DNA of 64,000 nt from Neovahlkampfia damariscottae. Taxonomy: Eukaryota. The notes below the pieces were generated by a model that was not told the DNA's origin, did not search any database, and saw nothing but the letters and a program-made list of their open reading frames with translations. This document shows, in pieces, positions 1 through 15,200 of the stretch. Location: assembly GCA_016618085.1 (NCBI GenBank), contig JABLTG010000012.1, positions 1 to 64,000 on the forward strand, given 5' to 3'. Position 1 is the first letter of the stretch. The number at the start of each line of letters is the position of its first letter. The position numbers and the translations under genes were made by a program.

Positions 1-199
1 CCAACCCCAAACCCAAACCCAAACCCAAACCCAAACCCAAACCCCAAACCCAAACCCAAACCCAAACCCAAATCTTAAACCCAAACCCAAACAAACCCAA
101 ACCTCAAACCCAATACCCAAAACCCAAAACCCAAACCCAAACCCAAATCTCAAACCCAAATCTCAAACCCAATACCCAAAACCCAATACCCAAAACCCC
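1..199. repeat. Telomeric repeat array (CCCAAA)n, i.e. TTTGGG on the G strand, with variant units
   Basis: Tandem CCCAAA at the window start, with proximal variants CCCAAAA, CCCAATA, CTCAAA. Confidence 0.95.
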
Positions 200-309
200 T
201 TAATTACCCCTTATATATTATCATTTAAAGGCGATATCGCCTATTTTCCTTATAATCATATTTGAAATTAACATATATATAGGGTTTTAAAAAAAATAGA
301 AAGAATCTG

Positions 310-1974
310 ATGACAAATGTGAAGTTAAAAGAAAAAAATGAAGAAACAGTAAAAAAAAAATTAAAATTGAAAAATAGATTGAATCAAAAATTCAAAAAAA
401 TATTAAAATAACTAAAGAAAAAAAATAATTCTTGACAAAAAATTTAAAGGATTTTCTCACATTTTCTATCGCATTGAAAATAAAATTTCTCAATTGCCAC
501 TTGTTGAATCTTATCCAAAAGTAGATAATAAAGATTGTTAAATTAAAAAAAATTTAGTATTAAAATTTATGAATGAAATTGATTTTTGTTTTTTTGAAGG
601 TAATTTAGATGATAAAAATAAAAAATTCAAACTTGTACAATATATTTTAAAAGATATTGAAACAACAAAAGAATGGCCAACAACTCACATGAAAATTCAA
701 GGTAAAAATCCAGTTATTTCTTCTGCTTTAAAGAATGATTATAAAAATTATATACAAATTAATGAATTTAGATGTAATTCAAAAGAAGATTCTTTGTTAT
801 TGATTGAAAGATTTATAAATTTAAATTCAAAAGAAGAAAATATTGTCAAAAAATATTCCAATCTATTTTTGGGAAGATGTAGAATTATTACAAATTTTGT
901 GATATTTCTTTTAAATTTAAAGAAAAAAGAAGATTTAAAAAAAATTATTGAAAAATGGAAATATTCTATTGTTGAAAGAAATTATGAGAAATCTTTATGT
1001 TTTTTGATTGATAAATTTGTTAAAAATAATCCAAATCAATGGGAAAGAAATTTAACTAATTTAATTTATTCCTTTTATATAAATAATGGAATTATTGATG
1101 TAAATATAGATAAAAAAGATTATATGGCTGCGGGATTTTGTTTTTTTAATGGTATTGATGGATCAAATTATAGATTTAAGATTGCAGAGGTAATTTTTAA
1201 AATATTTTATTCAAAATAGCCAATCATCATTGAAGCTCTCATTTATTATTTTAAGAAAAATGATAAATCAATCATGTATTATATTATAGAAAATTGTATA
1301 CATCTTGCATTTCCATTTGAACGAGGAACAAGATTAGATCATATTATTGCACTTAGTTTTTTATTGGAACCACAAGAAATTGATCCTTTATCAAGTTTAT
1401 TTAAAAATTCAAAAATTAAAATACCAGATTGGTGGAAAAACAAAAACATAATCCTTTTAAAATTGTTGAAATTTCAAAAAATAATATAATTGATGAAATT
1501 AAGAAAGATCAATGGGATCATGGTAAATGGATTCTTCCTGATTTCAAATCTGGACCAGATACTGCCATTTTGAATGATGATATTTTAGTATTTACTGGTC
1601 AAAATTAAGTTCAACAAAAACTTGTGTTCCAACGAAAGAAGTAGAATCAAATTTTAAAAAAACTGATTTTATTAATTTTTACTCTGAAAAAACAGAATCA
1701 TGATCGACTTCATCACATAAAAATCAAACAATCAATAATTTTAGATAAAATGAAACAAAAAAAAGTGAAAGGAATCATTAGAATTCATTTTATTTTTCCA
1801 ACAGGTGTAAAACCGAGATCTGGTGAATCTTATTTCAAACCTGGTATTCGTGTTCCTACAAACAAACTTTTAAACATTGAAGAAATCATTATTGACATTG
1901 ATAAATCAAATTTAAAAGATTCTAAAATTTTTAGTGAAGAAAACGCTAATCTTCTTTTAAAATATATGAAATGA
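310..1974 (+). pseudogene. Subtelomeric Crinkler-like (CR-REase) effector gene, frameshifted
   Basis: Joined pieces read IAE/PIIIEA (30 nt intron near 1190-1219), FERGTRLDHIIA, ILPDFKSGPD..VFTGQ, NFKKTD, GIIRIHF..IIIDID, resembling CRN PD-(D/E)xK domains; frameshifts near 1480, 1605, 1735 and TGA at 1701; start uncertain. Confidence 0.45.
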
Positions 1975-2436
1975 AGAAATTATTTTACAAATCAAACATT
2001 TTGTGACCATTAAACTTTTTTGTTCTTTATACACAAATTAAATTTACAAATTTACTTAATGAAGGTTTTAATTAGAGTTAATGATTTCTTTGATTCTGCT
2101 TTTCAATTAATTTTTCTGCTTCTTCAATAAATTCTTTTTTCTTATTTTCAAGATCATCTTCTTTTCATTTTTCTTCCAAAATCTTTTAATTTCTTTTTTG
2201 TTTTTGCTTTTTTAATAATAACTTCAACTTCAATGGCTATTTGTGATTCCAAAAACAGCAGAAAATCATCAACTGTTCCATATTCAAATTCCAGCACTTT
2301 TTCGAATTGTTTTCAATTTTTTTTGTTGTTCCATTTTAAAAAATTATTCAACTCTTTTGTGCACTCTGAATCCAATCATCAATTGGAAAAAACTTTGTCA
2401 ACCAATTTCTAAAAAATGTAATTATTTTAGCTTCAT

Positions 2437-2892
2437 AATTCTTTTTTATCATTTGGTATTGTTTCTATAATTTCAATAGAGATGGTCTTTAATTTGGAAA
2501 TTGGATGAAATGGTCTTGTTACTTTTCCAGAAGTTACATAGATTATTTTTTTCAATTTTTTTGATTTCTTTGCGAATTGAATGATATTCTTCATACCTTC
2601 GAATCCAATGAATTGTTCTGTTTGTTTCGAGCTGAAATTTGAAGCAGATGTGTGAAGTATGTACTCAACATCAATAAATCTGAACTCAATTAATTTATTT
2701 CTGTGATTGAGCCTTCAATTAATTCAACTTTTTTTAAAGCTTCTGAAATAGATGAATAATCTGATGTTAATGTTTTTGTGCTTTGTTTAAGTCTCTGACC
2801 AGGAGTTTAATTTTATAGTTTGAATTTTGAACTAAGAGACGAAGTATATTTCCAGTTCCTCCAGTGGAACCAAGTAGTAACACTGAAGTCAT
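2437..2892 (-). pseudogene. Truncated NAD(P)-binding Rossmann (atypical SDR/NmrA-like) gene
   Basis: MTSVLLLGSTGGTG (GxxGxxG), LLVRDLNKA, DVEYILHTSAS, GMKNIIQFAKK, IIYVTSG; at least two frameshifts and an early end. Confidence 0.7.
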
Positions 2893-3453
2893 TTTGTTTG
2901 GCCAATGATGTGATTTTGCTTTCATTTGAAACCAAAATTTTTTTGTGCTGAAAGCAGAAGGAAATTTTGTTTTCTAAAAGTGAATGTGTGTCCCATAAAT
3001 TGTCAATTGCGATGATAATCAACCTTCGTGCTCTCATGATCGTCATTACAGGTCGCATAGAAAATAAAGGCTATCTTACAAATTTTCAATTTCTAATTGA
3101 AAACATACAATTAGTCGATAAATAGTCATCACTTCTATAAATTAACAAAATTAATCTTTCAAAAATCTGGACGAAAGAAGTTATTTTTGAATAATTTTGC
3201 TTGTGGCTTTTTTTTTCTGGATGTCTATTCAGGCTGGTCCATCAGGGAACAATTATTTATCGCTACTAGTCAACTTTAAATCCTCTATTTGTTTCTCCAA
3301 TTGTTGAACTTTTAATTGTAATCGGAAATTGTTTTTTCTCGTCAATTGGAGAATAAGACAATCTTCAGTTGTGTTATTAATTGATTTTCATTGTCTTTTC
3401 TTCTTTCTTATTTAATTCTTTTGTTCCATTTATTTAACCAATCATTTGTCAAA

Positions 3454-4916
3454 ATGGGTGGATGTAGCAGTGACGAGGATGTATATTCCAGAGATGTAAG
3501 AAAACTTACCAATCTAATTTTTAGATCATAACTACAAATTCTAAAACTGGATATTCAAATGTTGCAAACGACTTATTATCACAAAACAAGAAACTTCATA
3601 AAGTACTGAAAAATTCGATTTAAAATTATAGTCATGTGATCCAACACAATATACTGAGACAAACACTAAAATATATTGTACTCATAAATCACCGATTATA
3701 TTTGCTCTTGGTTTGAAGTTTATTTTTTAAAATTCAAAAAGATGTAACTGGTTCAATGGGAGACTGGACTAAAGTAATCTATGACAAGTTACCAAGTATT
3801 ATTTTTTACAAAATTTATAAATTGAATTAGTGTTTTATGGTCAAATTGTTCATAAGAAATATGTAAGGGAAATATTAAAAATAACATATCAGCTTGATGA
3901 TCCAGCTGTTTCTTTCTGCGCTATAGGAGATGTAAAATCAGATGATGCTCCATTCCAAGTGTTTGATTTTTTTTTCTAATAGTTGAAAAAGAACTGATTT
4001 TGGTCAAGGAAAACAAAGTAAAGTAAAAAATAATATTAAAATACCAAAGTTGATGAATTAATATCCAAAATATATTTAGAAGGTGGAGGTGGAGGAAATT
4101 CAATTGAAAGTTATGATTTAGCAGGTTATTTTATTAATAATTTTATGGATATGACTCAATCAAAAATTCCTTTCATTTTTTGTATTTCTTTTTTTTTTAA
4201 ATTTTAATAATTTTTAGTTACTGGAGATGAAGGACTTTACACAACACTAAAAAAGAAGCATTTAAAAGAATATTTTAATATTAATGAAAAAGATCAATCA
4301 GTGGAAGAAATATTCTCTGAATTAACAAAGAATTATAATGTATTTCATTTACATAAACCTTATTGGGATGAAAAAGCAGGTAAGAAATTGATTGATTCAA
4401 ATTTAAAGATGAAAAAATTAAACAACAATGGGGTGAGCATATTGGTGAAGAAAATGTTTTGGTATTTGAATCAGCTAAAGCATGCGTTGATGTTATGTTG
4501 GGTGCAATTGCATTAAAATCTGGTTCAAGAACATTGGAAAAATATATCAAAGATATGGAAGATAGAGGTCAAGAACGTGAAAGAGTTTGATAATTGAAAT
4601 TCTAATTTTTAAGATTGAAGAAGTAACAAAATCATTGACCAATTTATCATTAAAATTATCTGGAAAATTAATAAAAGTCATTAGCTCAAAAAATGATGTT
4701 CCTGAAGAATTTATTTGTCCAATAACAAAAGAAATTATGGAAGATCCTGTGATCATGGAAGATGGAAATACATATGAAAGATTTGCTATTCATAAATATT
4801 TGAAAGAAAACAGTACATCTCCAATTACAAAAGAAAAAATTATTTCAATGAAATTGACACCTAATCATACATTGAGAAAATTGATTCAAAATTACAAAGA
4901 AAAATATGATTTATAA
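3454..4916 (+). CDS. VWA-domain plus U-box E3 ubiquitin ligase, probably N-myristoylated (multi-exon)
   Basis: Spliced: MGGCSS N-terminus, IIFALDVTGSMGDW (MIDAS), AIGD, GGGGGNSIESYDLA, VTGDE, and C-terminal U-box PEEFICPITKEIMEDPV..GNTYER..SPIT..LTPN. Confidence 0.85.
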
Positions 4917-5062
4917 TAACAAAATTAATCTAATAAATTTCAATTGGTCATTTATCTTGAAGTTTACAATGGTATTTCCTTGATGTTCTGATTCAAACAA
5001 AGCAACCAACATAATTCTTTCACATTTGACCAATCAAAACGATTTCAAAAACAAATTAGAAG

Positions 5063-6350
<1,288 letters not shown>

Positions 6351-6363
6351 ACAAATAAATTTT

Positions 6364-7915
6364 TTATTCATCCAATTCAATATCATCATTTTTAGAAATA
6401 TCAAAATGGTGTTGCAAAGATTCTTGATTTTGAAAAGCATTCATCATTTGTTGTTGTTGCTGTAATTGAGGTTGTAATTGTTGTGGTTGTTGTGATTGTT
6501 GTTGAAGTGATGATTGTTGAAGAGGTGATTGAATACCTAATCCTTGGAGAGTACTCATAACTTGTGGATTCCAATAATTTCCATCAATTCTTGGAAGAGA
6601 AACACCATCATTTTTTTTCTATTTGATTAATAATAATAGAAAACTACATACATGAATTTGATGATCTCTTTCATTTTCCAACATATTTTCCAACATTGGT
6701 CTCCATGTTCTAACTCTTGCATTAATAAACCAATTATTAATTTGAGTGATTGTTAACATTGTTGATTGACTTAAATCTTTTTTTTCTTCTTCTGTTGGAT
6801 ATCTAGGGTTTGTTATTGTTAGTACTTTTGTTTATTTTACGGATGAAGAAAATGTTGAAATAACCAATTCTTTAAAATAGCAGTTGCATTTTTTGGTAAA
6901 TTTCCTCTTTTTTTTGATTTATTGAATATTCTATCTTGCAAATCAAATACTTTTGTAATATATTTTTCTTTCAATGAAGTCAACATTTTATCAATTTTAT
7001 TTTCAATCATTTGATTTGAAACTTTCTTTTCTTGTTCCGAAACATATCTAAATACTGATTGTTTTTCAAATAAATCAGAATATGCTTCAATTTATTTAAT
7101 CAATAATTCAACTAAATCTTACCTTTTATCCATTCTATTCTTGATTGTTTTAAGAAACCTGATATCTTTCTATATTCATTTTGATATTGAAGAAAGAAAT
7201 TTAAGAATTCAGTTATACTTTCAGGTTTTTCATTTACATTTGAAACTGATTCATTTTTTCCAACAAATACTAATAATATTTCATCTGGTGTCATTTCAAT
7301 AATTGAAACTTGTGAGTTTGATTTTTCTTTTTTTGATTTTATTTCTGGTTTTTCAATTTCTTTTTGTGTTTCTAAAAGATATTTTAAATTTTTTTGACAA
7401 ATTGGATGAATTGGATTTGATTTTACCCATTTTTGAATTGAATTCACATCACTTTCATTTGAATTCAAAAATTCATCAATTTCTTTTTCATGTTTTTTAA
7501 TATAATCTTCAAATAACTTTTGTATTTTGAGTTCAAATGAAAAATCGTTTTTTTTTATTTTTTCTATCACTTCTTTTGTTTCTAGAACTCCAAATTCTTC
7601 TTTTTCCTCTTGTGATGGTTTTGTTTTTTTTGATTCACTTTCTACATTGTTTTGGGTTTCATCAATTTTTCTTTTTAATGTAACAGAGCTATTTTGAGAT
7701 TGGATTTTATTGAAAAATTCTGTGTATTTTTCGTTTAGCTTCACAATTTCTTCAGAGATTTCGGAAGTCTTTTCGCTATTAGATGCTACTGTTTTGTTTG
7801 AAGGTGATTTTACTTTTTGTACTTCTACAGGACCATTTTTGGATGCCTCACTTTCTTGTTGGGAAGTACTTCCTCTTGATTGTACTTGATAGCCAGTTCG
7901 ATTTGGTAAAGTCAT
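6364..7915 (-). CDS. TALE-class homeobox transcription factor with Q-rich tail
   Basis: Spliced [47 protein letters not shown] (PYP extension). Confidence 0.93.
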
Positions 7916-8134
7916 CTGATTTGAGAGTTTTTGATGTTGATATGCTTGACAAGTGACGTTGACGTTGATGAGAAAATGGTCAACAATGATTGGTTAACAC
8001 TTATGTATTATTTTAAACCTGAAAACTATTTTAAATTAAAAATAAAATAGAGTTCAATCAAATTTTATTTTTAATCTATTTCCACCAATCATTCGTATTT
8101 TATTTCTTTTGGTGATAAAAAAATCAGGAAATTA

Positions 8135-11100
8135 ATGTTTGACGGATTAAGAATATTCCTGAAAAGAAATTTTGTAGCCACAATAACCGGAGGTTTATAT
8201 TTAGACCGAGAACGAAGTGCCTACATCAATACTGCTCATTTTTACACCTTTTTTTTATTATACTCGTTGCCAACAATTTTTATAATTGTAAATCTTCATA
8301 TTTCACTTACTTTTCAAAGTATCTTGGAAAAGAAAATTTAATTTTTGAAATAACATACCCCATTATCACACTTCTCATATTTTTTTTAATCAAGTTAGGT
8401 AATTTGAATTTTGTTTTTTAAAAAAAGAAAAGGAAATTTTTTCTTTCATTATTATTTCAATCACCACGAGAAATTACTTTTTGATGAAAAAAATAAAGAA
8501 ATTTCAATTGAAAAAACTGAAGAAATAAAAAAAAAAAAAGTTATTGAAGAACCAAAGAAAAGAACTGAAACATTCAGGTAAAAAAAATATTAAAGTTAAT
8601 TAAAAGTTATATTGATGAATTTGGTATCACTCAATCATACACAATACCTTCAACTGAATCAAATGAAACACCTTCATCATCATCTGATAATCAATCATCA
8701 TCATCAGAAATTACAATTGATGTCACAGAAAAGAAAGAAGAAGATATCATAAAAGAAAAATATTATTTCAAAATATTTTCAAAATCAATACCAATCCCAT
8801 TTGACCGATTAAATTTAGAAGAATTATTGGATCGTGATTATACACTATTTCATTTTTTTGGAAGTATTTTCTTAGCAGCATTTATTTCATGGTTTTCATT
8901 TCGATTATGCTCTATTATTGATGATTACTTTTTAATTTGTTTGATTTACGTTTCTGTTGCTTCTTCACAATTTTCACTTTTAAAAAGTCCACAACCAGAT
9001 GGTAATTATATTAATTTATTTTAAAAAAATAGCTCATTCACCTCAACATTTTTCAAGAATTACATCATTTAGTCGTGGTTTTTATTTTTGTTTATTCACT
9101 TCATTATCTTATGGATTTTATTGGTTGAATTTAATTTCAATTCCAAGGTACCATATAATTTCAACCTTAATATTTTATTAGTTTCACCTTCTATGGAATA
9201 ACAATTAATTTGAATTTTACTTTTTTATTTTTGAAAGATTTTTTTATTGGAATCACAATTTTATTTCCTTTTATATTTTTGTTTGGATATTTACCATCAA
9301 CACCAACATTTTTTATGGTTCTACTTGAAGAAATTCATATTCAATTTTTTGGTGGAACTGGATTTATCAATTTAATTGGAGGAATTATGCAAATTATATT
9401 TGATCTTTTGGTATTAGGAATATTATTTGGAGCAAGTTATTATTCAGCATCACAAAATACATTTGGTAACGATTTTTATTCAGGTATTTATTCAGGTATA
9501 CTTGTTTCATCAAGTTACTTTTTATCAAGATCACCTTCAAATTATTTATATTATATTGAGTCAATCAAAGATATTTTTAAATCTATTTTTTATTTATGTT
9601 CAAAAAATAAAAGAATTGAAAACGAAACTGAAAGTAAGTCCAAAAATGGAAATTAAACAAAAAAGAGTATGAAAATAATACAGCGGGTGTACGTCCTCTA
9701 TTGAGAATATTTAAAGATATATTGATGAGTTTTATTATATTTTTACCAGTTATTACTCTTCAAATTTTTGATCCTTTAAAATATTTACAACCTTATTTTC
9801 AACATATAATTTCAGGTTTAATTATTATTATTGGATATTTTCATTATTATTTAATACCTGAATTAGTTAAACCACAACCATGGTCACTTTTAAAATATCC
9901 ATTAATTTCAAAATCAAATCCAATTAATCTTCCAAAACTATTTAAATATATTTTTGGATTAAAAGAAAATAAAATTAGATGGTATGAAATGATTACTCTT
10001 ATATTAAAATCAATTGAATTCATTTTATATAATTTATTAATTTTAAGTCAAATTTCAATTTCTTTTTTTAAAATGAATCAAAAATATCATCCAATGTAAA
10101 TTCATAATATATAATTTAATATTTCAATTTAGTATCACTATTCTATTCATTTCAACAACAAGCATGAAGATTTTAAGAATTGCATATTCAGACTCATCTA
10201 GATTATGGATTGCTTTATTATTTTCCGAAATTATATTTTCCATTGATTATGTAAGTGAAATGTTTATGTTAGATTTATCAATTTCAATTTATCTTATTTC
10301 AAAAGTAAGTACTACCTTTTGTTTTTTTTTTAAATAATATTCAAGTTTGAAACATTATTGAAAAAACTTCATTTCATTTTTATTTATTCAATACCAACAG
10401 TTTCATATTCTTCATTACTTCATATTTTATTACATCCATTAGGTTTACCTCATACAGCTTTAGGAATATTTCAAATATTTCTTTCAGTTTTATTTTCAGC
10501 ACGTAAGAAAGATATTAAAATTTAATTTATTTAATTAAAGCAATATATCCATTTATTGGATCACCACTTTGGTTATTATCATATCCAAGAAGTATAAAAT
10601 ATTGGGAGAAATCATATAATACCAAAAGAAGAGATATTAATTCAACCAAATTATCATCATCTTTAAATGAAAATGATGATTCAACTAATTTTAATTCAAT
10701 ATTTTATGAACATATGGTTGTAGCATTAAGACGCGGAATTCAAGATTCATTTATAAAAGGTGAATTTGGTACAGTTCAAACAGGTGATATGTTTATTGTA
10801 TTTAAAGAAAAATTAACATGTTTGGTTCATTTTATTGAAATTGGAAATGGATTTGCAACATTTCAATTACGTGGTTTAGAATTCAAAGGAACTATATGTC
10901 AAGATCGTGAAGTTGAAGCATTAGAAAATTCAGTTGACGAATCATATTATACTGGAATTTTAGATAAAATAAATGATAAAATTGATAATTCAAATTTAGG
11001 AGATGTATTAAAGAATTGTTTTGGTTTTTTTACTAAAGTTAATTTTTTGACATTAAAAAAGATATTATCTTTAAGAATGCAAACATGGAATGTTTTAAAT

Positions 11101-12114
11101 TTAAAATTAGATTTAAGAACTTATAATGTTAATGAAAATAATGCAGTTACTTTAATGACATCATTTGAACAAAGAAGTGATATAATATTCTTATTTGTTA
11201 AATCAATTCTTTATTATATGATTGAAAGTGAAGAATTAGATTTTTGGATTTCAACTGAATCACCTGCACCTATTTCAACAATAAATGATGATTCAATAGA
11301 TTTAGATCCAAGTTTTTCATCTAAATTTGAAAAAGATTATGATGAATATTCAATAGAAGGTGGTATTTCATATAATAAATTTAAAAGAATTTATGAAACT
11401 CTTATTAAATTTTTACTTGAAAAAAAAAAGGAAAATAATTTTCATTCAGAAAAAATTGAAAAAATAATTTCATTAGGTTATTTATTATCTTTAGTTGGTA
11501 GAAGATTATTTGTTTTAAATGATGGTACTCATTCTGCAACTCATCCTTCAAAATTTGTTGGAAAGATTTATCAGTTATTTAAAAATGATTTCAGAATTAT
11601 CTCTCAAAAAGATGAATGGATTTTTGGTGATGTCAAATTTTTAAAAATGATTATTTCACCTGCTTTAAAAATGAGTTTAAGATTATATCAAGATTCATTT
11701 ATTGGAGAGACTTATGAGGATAATGAAGAATTCTTTGATGGAATTGAAGAAAAGAAACCAATGATTTTATCTTATGAAGGAGAAGAAATTTGGAGAGAAT
11801 CAATTTTATCAGATAAAAATGACTTATTTTCATTGAGAAAAATACATGAAGAAGATCAAAAAGATCCAAAATTTACAACTTTAATGTTAGAAATGAGAAA
11901 TCAAAACTTTAAAATTATCAAATTAAATTCTGAATCTGTGAGATCTTTATGGGCTGCTCAAACAAATGAATTAATATTTTTTGGTTCAGAAGCATTTGAA
12001 CGTGGATCCATTCAAAATATGGTTGAAGTTTTAAGAAATATAATCAATCAATGTTGTGATGCTCCAGTTGGTTATCCAGTTTATATTTCACCGTTGACTA
12101 CTGCTTATTGGTAA
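8135..12114 (+). CDS. PCNX: Pecanex-like membrane protein
   Basis: ATITGGLY, DRLNLEELLDRD, QFSLLKSPQPD, FQLRGLEFKGT, ERGSIQN, APVGYPVYISP. Confidence 0.93.
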
Positions 12115-12293
12115 TTTGAACAAATTTGAGCTGAAATGAATTGACAAAAAATATCAGTCTTGAAAAGTTTTAATGAAATCATAAATTCGATCATAACCAT
12201 AGGAAAGTCATCATAAAAAATAATATATTCAAAAATTTGATAAATAAAATATTTTTATGAAAAAATTAAATTATGGTTTTTTTTGTTGGTAAA

Positions 12294-15200
12294 TTATACA
12301 TCAAAAGCTACAACTTCACTTCTTTCATTTTCAGCTTTTTTAATGTCTTCAGAATTAACACGTTTCGTTGGTTTTCTGGTTTTTCTTTTTGGTCTTCTCA
12401 ATTCTGTTCCTTCTAACTTTCCATGAGCAACTCTATCATGACTTTCGGCTGACTCAATAATTGGTGAATCCTCTTCCATTTTTTTAACTCTTTCCAGAGG
12501 ATTTGAAGATGGTTTACCAAAAGGATTAAATGGTTGACCATTACTGAGTCCATTTCCAAGTTGTTCAACTTTTGATTTCGGTTTTTGATTCAAAAATAAA
12601 TTTGAATTTTCCAAATTCTTATTCACAGGAGAGTCCATTGTGGTGGCTGATCTTTTTTTCCATTTGGATTCCACTGAACTAATATCTTGTTTAACACTGT
12701 CTAATTCATTTGCAGTTAATTGTTTCCTTCGAAGATCAGTATTAGGTGATTTTTGTTCAGGTGAAATTTCAGGTGAATTTTCTTGTGACTTTGGTTTTTC
12801 ATTTTTTTTTGAAAATGATAATCTTGACATCAATGATCTTTTTGGTGATGTTCCTGGAGTAGTACTTTCTTTCTTTTCAAACATTGCAAATTTAGATTTA
12901 ACACTTCCATTTGATTTCCCAATTTCTTCCTTCTCAATTGTCAATTCAGGTTGAACTTCTTCTTTTCTGTTCATAACAGTTGCTGATCTTCCACCAGAAG
13001 GTGATTTGAATTGCATTCCTCCTAATTTTGATTGCAATTCATTAACATGTCCAATTTTATTTGTTTCTTTTTTTGTCTCAACTTGAGTTGCAGGTTTTAC
13101 ATCTTGTGAAGGAACAACAGGTTTCTTCCATTTTGGTGTTGTTTCTGATTGTTTCATTACTGTATTTGATCTTTGAGAAGGTGTAATTGGTTTTGAATTA
13201 TTTTCTTCAACTTTTTTTTCCCAAATTGATTTTGATCGAGTTGGTGAACCTACATCTTTTTTTTCAAAATCTTTTTTCCAAGATGGTGTTGGTTTTGAGT
13301 CTGCCATATTATTTTTTTGAAATTTATCTAATTTTGATGATAATCCATTTGTTTCTTTTTTAAGTTCCATTTGATTCATTGGTTTTGAATCTTGAGATGG
13401 TACAACTGGTTTCTTCAATACAGGTGTCTTCTTTTCTGTCACATTAATCATTTTTTCTTCTTTTGTGTCAATTGTTAAATTAACAGGTTTATTTTTGATA
13501 GAAGATGGTTTTTCTTCAACTATTGGTTTTGAAATTGAACTAGTTTTTGTCATTGGCTTTGAATTTGGTGATGCAACAGGACTTGATTTTGGTGGTATTT
13601 TAATTCCACCAATATTTGTAACAACAGATGGTTTTGTTATTGGTTTTGTATTTGGTGATGTTGCAGGACTTGATCTTGTTGGTATTTGAATCCCTCCAAT
13701 TGAAGAACCTGTAGAAGGAGAATTATCCATTTGTTTTCTTTCCCAAATCGATTTAGATCTTGTCAAACCAGCTGGTGATTTAACTTTTTCTTCTTCCACT
13801 TTTGTTTCTTCAACAGATGTTGGTTCAGTAAATTTGACTTGATTATTTGTTTCTTTTTCTTCTTCCATTTTTGATTCTTCAACAGATGTTGGTTCAGTAA
13901 ATTTCACCTGTTTCTTTGGTTTTTCAATAATTTCCTTTTTTTCTTCTTTTTGAACAACTTCTGTTGGTTTCTCCACGACAGATTTTTGTGGTGGTGGTGG
14001 TTTCTTCCAACCAGGAGGTTTCATAACTTCTTTTTTTGTTTCTGTAACAACAGGTTCTGGTTTCTTCCATTTTGGTTTTGGAGTTTCATTCTTCATTTCT
14101 GTTGGAGATGTAGATTTTGTTTCTTGAGAAGGAACAGGTTCTGGTTTCTTCCATTTTGGTTTTGTAGCTTCATTCTTCACTTCTGATGTAGATTTTGTTT
14201 CTTCTTTTTCAACAGGAACTGGAGGTGATGGTTTTTTCCATTTTGGTTTTAGAGGAACACTGGAATCCAATTCTTCCTTTTTTTCTTCAACAGGTATAGG
14301 GTTTTTCCATTTTGGTTTTTCAGTAACGACTTCTTTCTTTTCTTCAACAGATTTTGTTTCTTCTTTCATTGGATCAGGTTTCTTCCATTTTGGAGTCTCT
14401 GAGTTAGATCTTACAATAGGAGTAACAGATTTTGAATTATTTTCTTCAATCTTCTTTTCCCAAAGAGACTTTGATCTTAAAGGTGTTGAAATTGATTTTT
14501 CTTCAACTTCTTGAATATATGACGCTTGTGGAGGTTTCTTCAATTTTGGTTTTTCAGTGATAACTTCTTTTGATTTTTCTTCAACTTTTATGTCATTTTT
14601 AATTTCTTCTTCAACTTTTGTCTCAACTACAACAGCCTCCGGTTTTGGTTCTTCAAATTTCACTTGTTTTTTTGGAATAGTTTTTTCCAAACCTTCATTC
14701 TTTTCTTCAACTCCTGGTTTTTCAACAGGTTTCTTCCATTTTGGAGTTTCTTTTTTAATTTCCTCTTTTTGAACTGCTGGAGGTGTTGGTTTCTTCCAAA
14801 CTGGTTTTGTAACTTCTTTTTTTGTTTCTGTAACAACAGGTTCTGGTTTTTTCCATTTTGGTTTTGGTGTTTCATTCTTCGCTTCCGTTGAAGATGTAGA
14901 TTTTGTTTCTTGAGCAGGAACAAGTGAAGGTTTCTTCCATTTTGGTTTTTCAACCACTTCTGACTTTTCATCTTTTTCAACAGGTGTTGTAGGTTTTTTC
15001 CAAGAAGGTTTGGATATTTCATTTTTAGTCTCGACTGGAACAGACGCAACAACAGGTGATGATTTTTTCCATTTTGATTTTTCAATTTCTTTTTCAACAA
15101 CAGATACAGTAGGTTCTGGTTTCTTCCATTTTGGTTTTGGTGATTCATTTTTCACATCAGATTTAGCTTCTTGAGCAGGAACAGGTGAAGGTTTCTTCCA

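Noticed and set aside
1701..1703. In-frame TGA as selenocysteine or readthrough
   Set aside because: Surrounded by frameshifts in a decayed or low-quality region; no SECIS recognised
3105..3272. Weak inverted repeat (TAGTCGATAAATA / TATTTATCGCTA) as a MITE
   Set aside because: Too short and AT-rich to distinguish from chance; no TSD
12640..15148. Several overlapping or antisense ORFs inside the PxWKK gene (likewise 62557-63096 and 38177-38594)
   Set aside because: Shadow frames of low-complexity, codon-biased coding sequence
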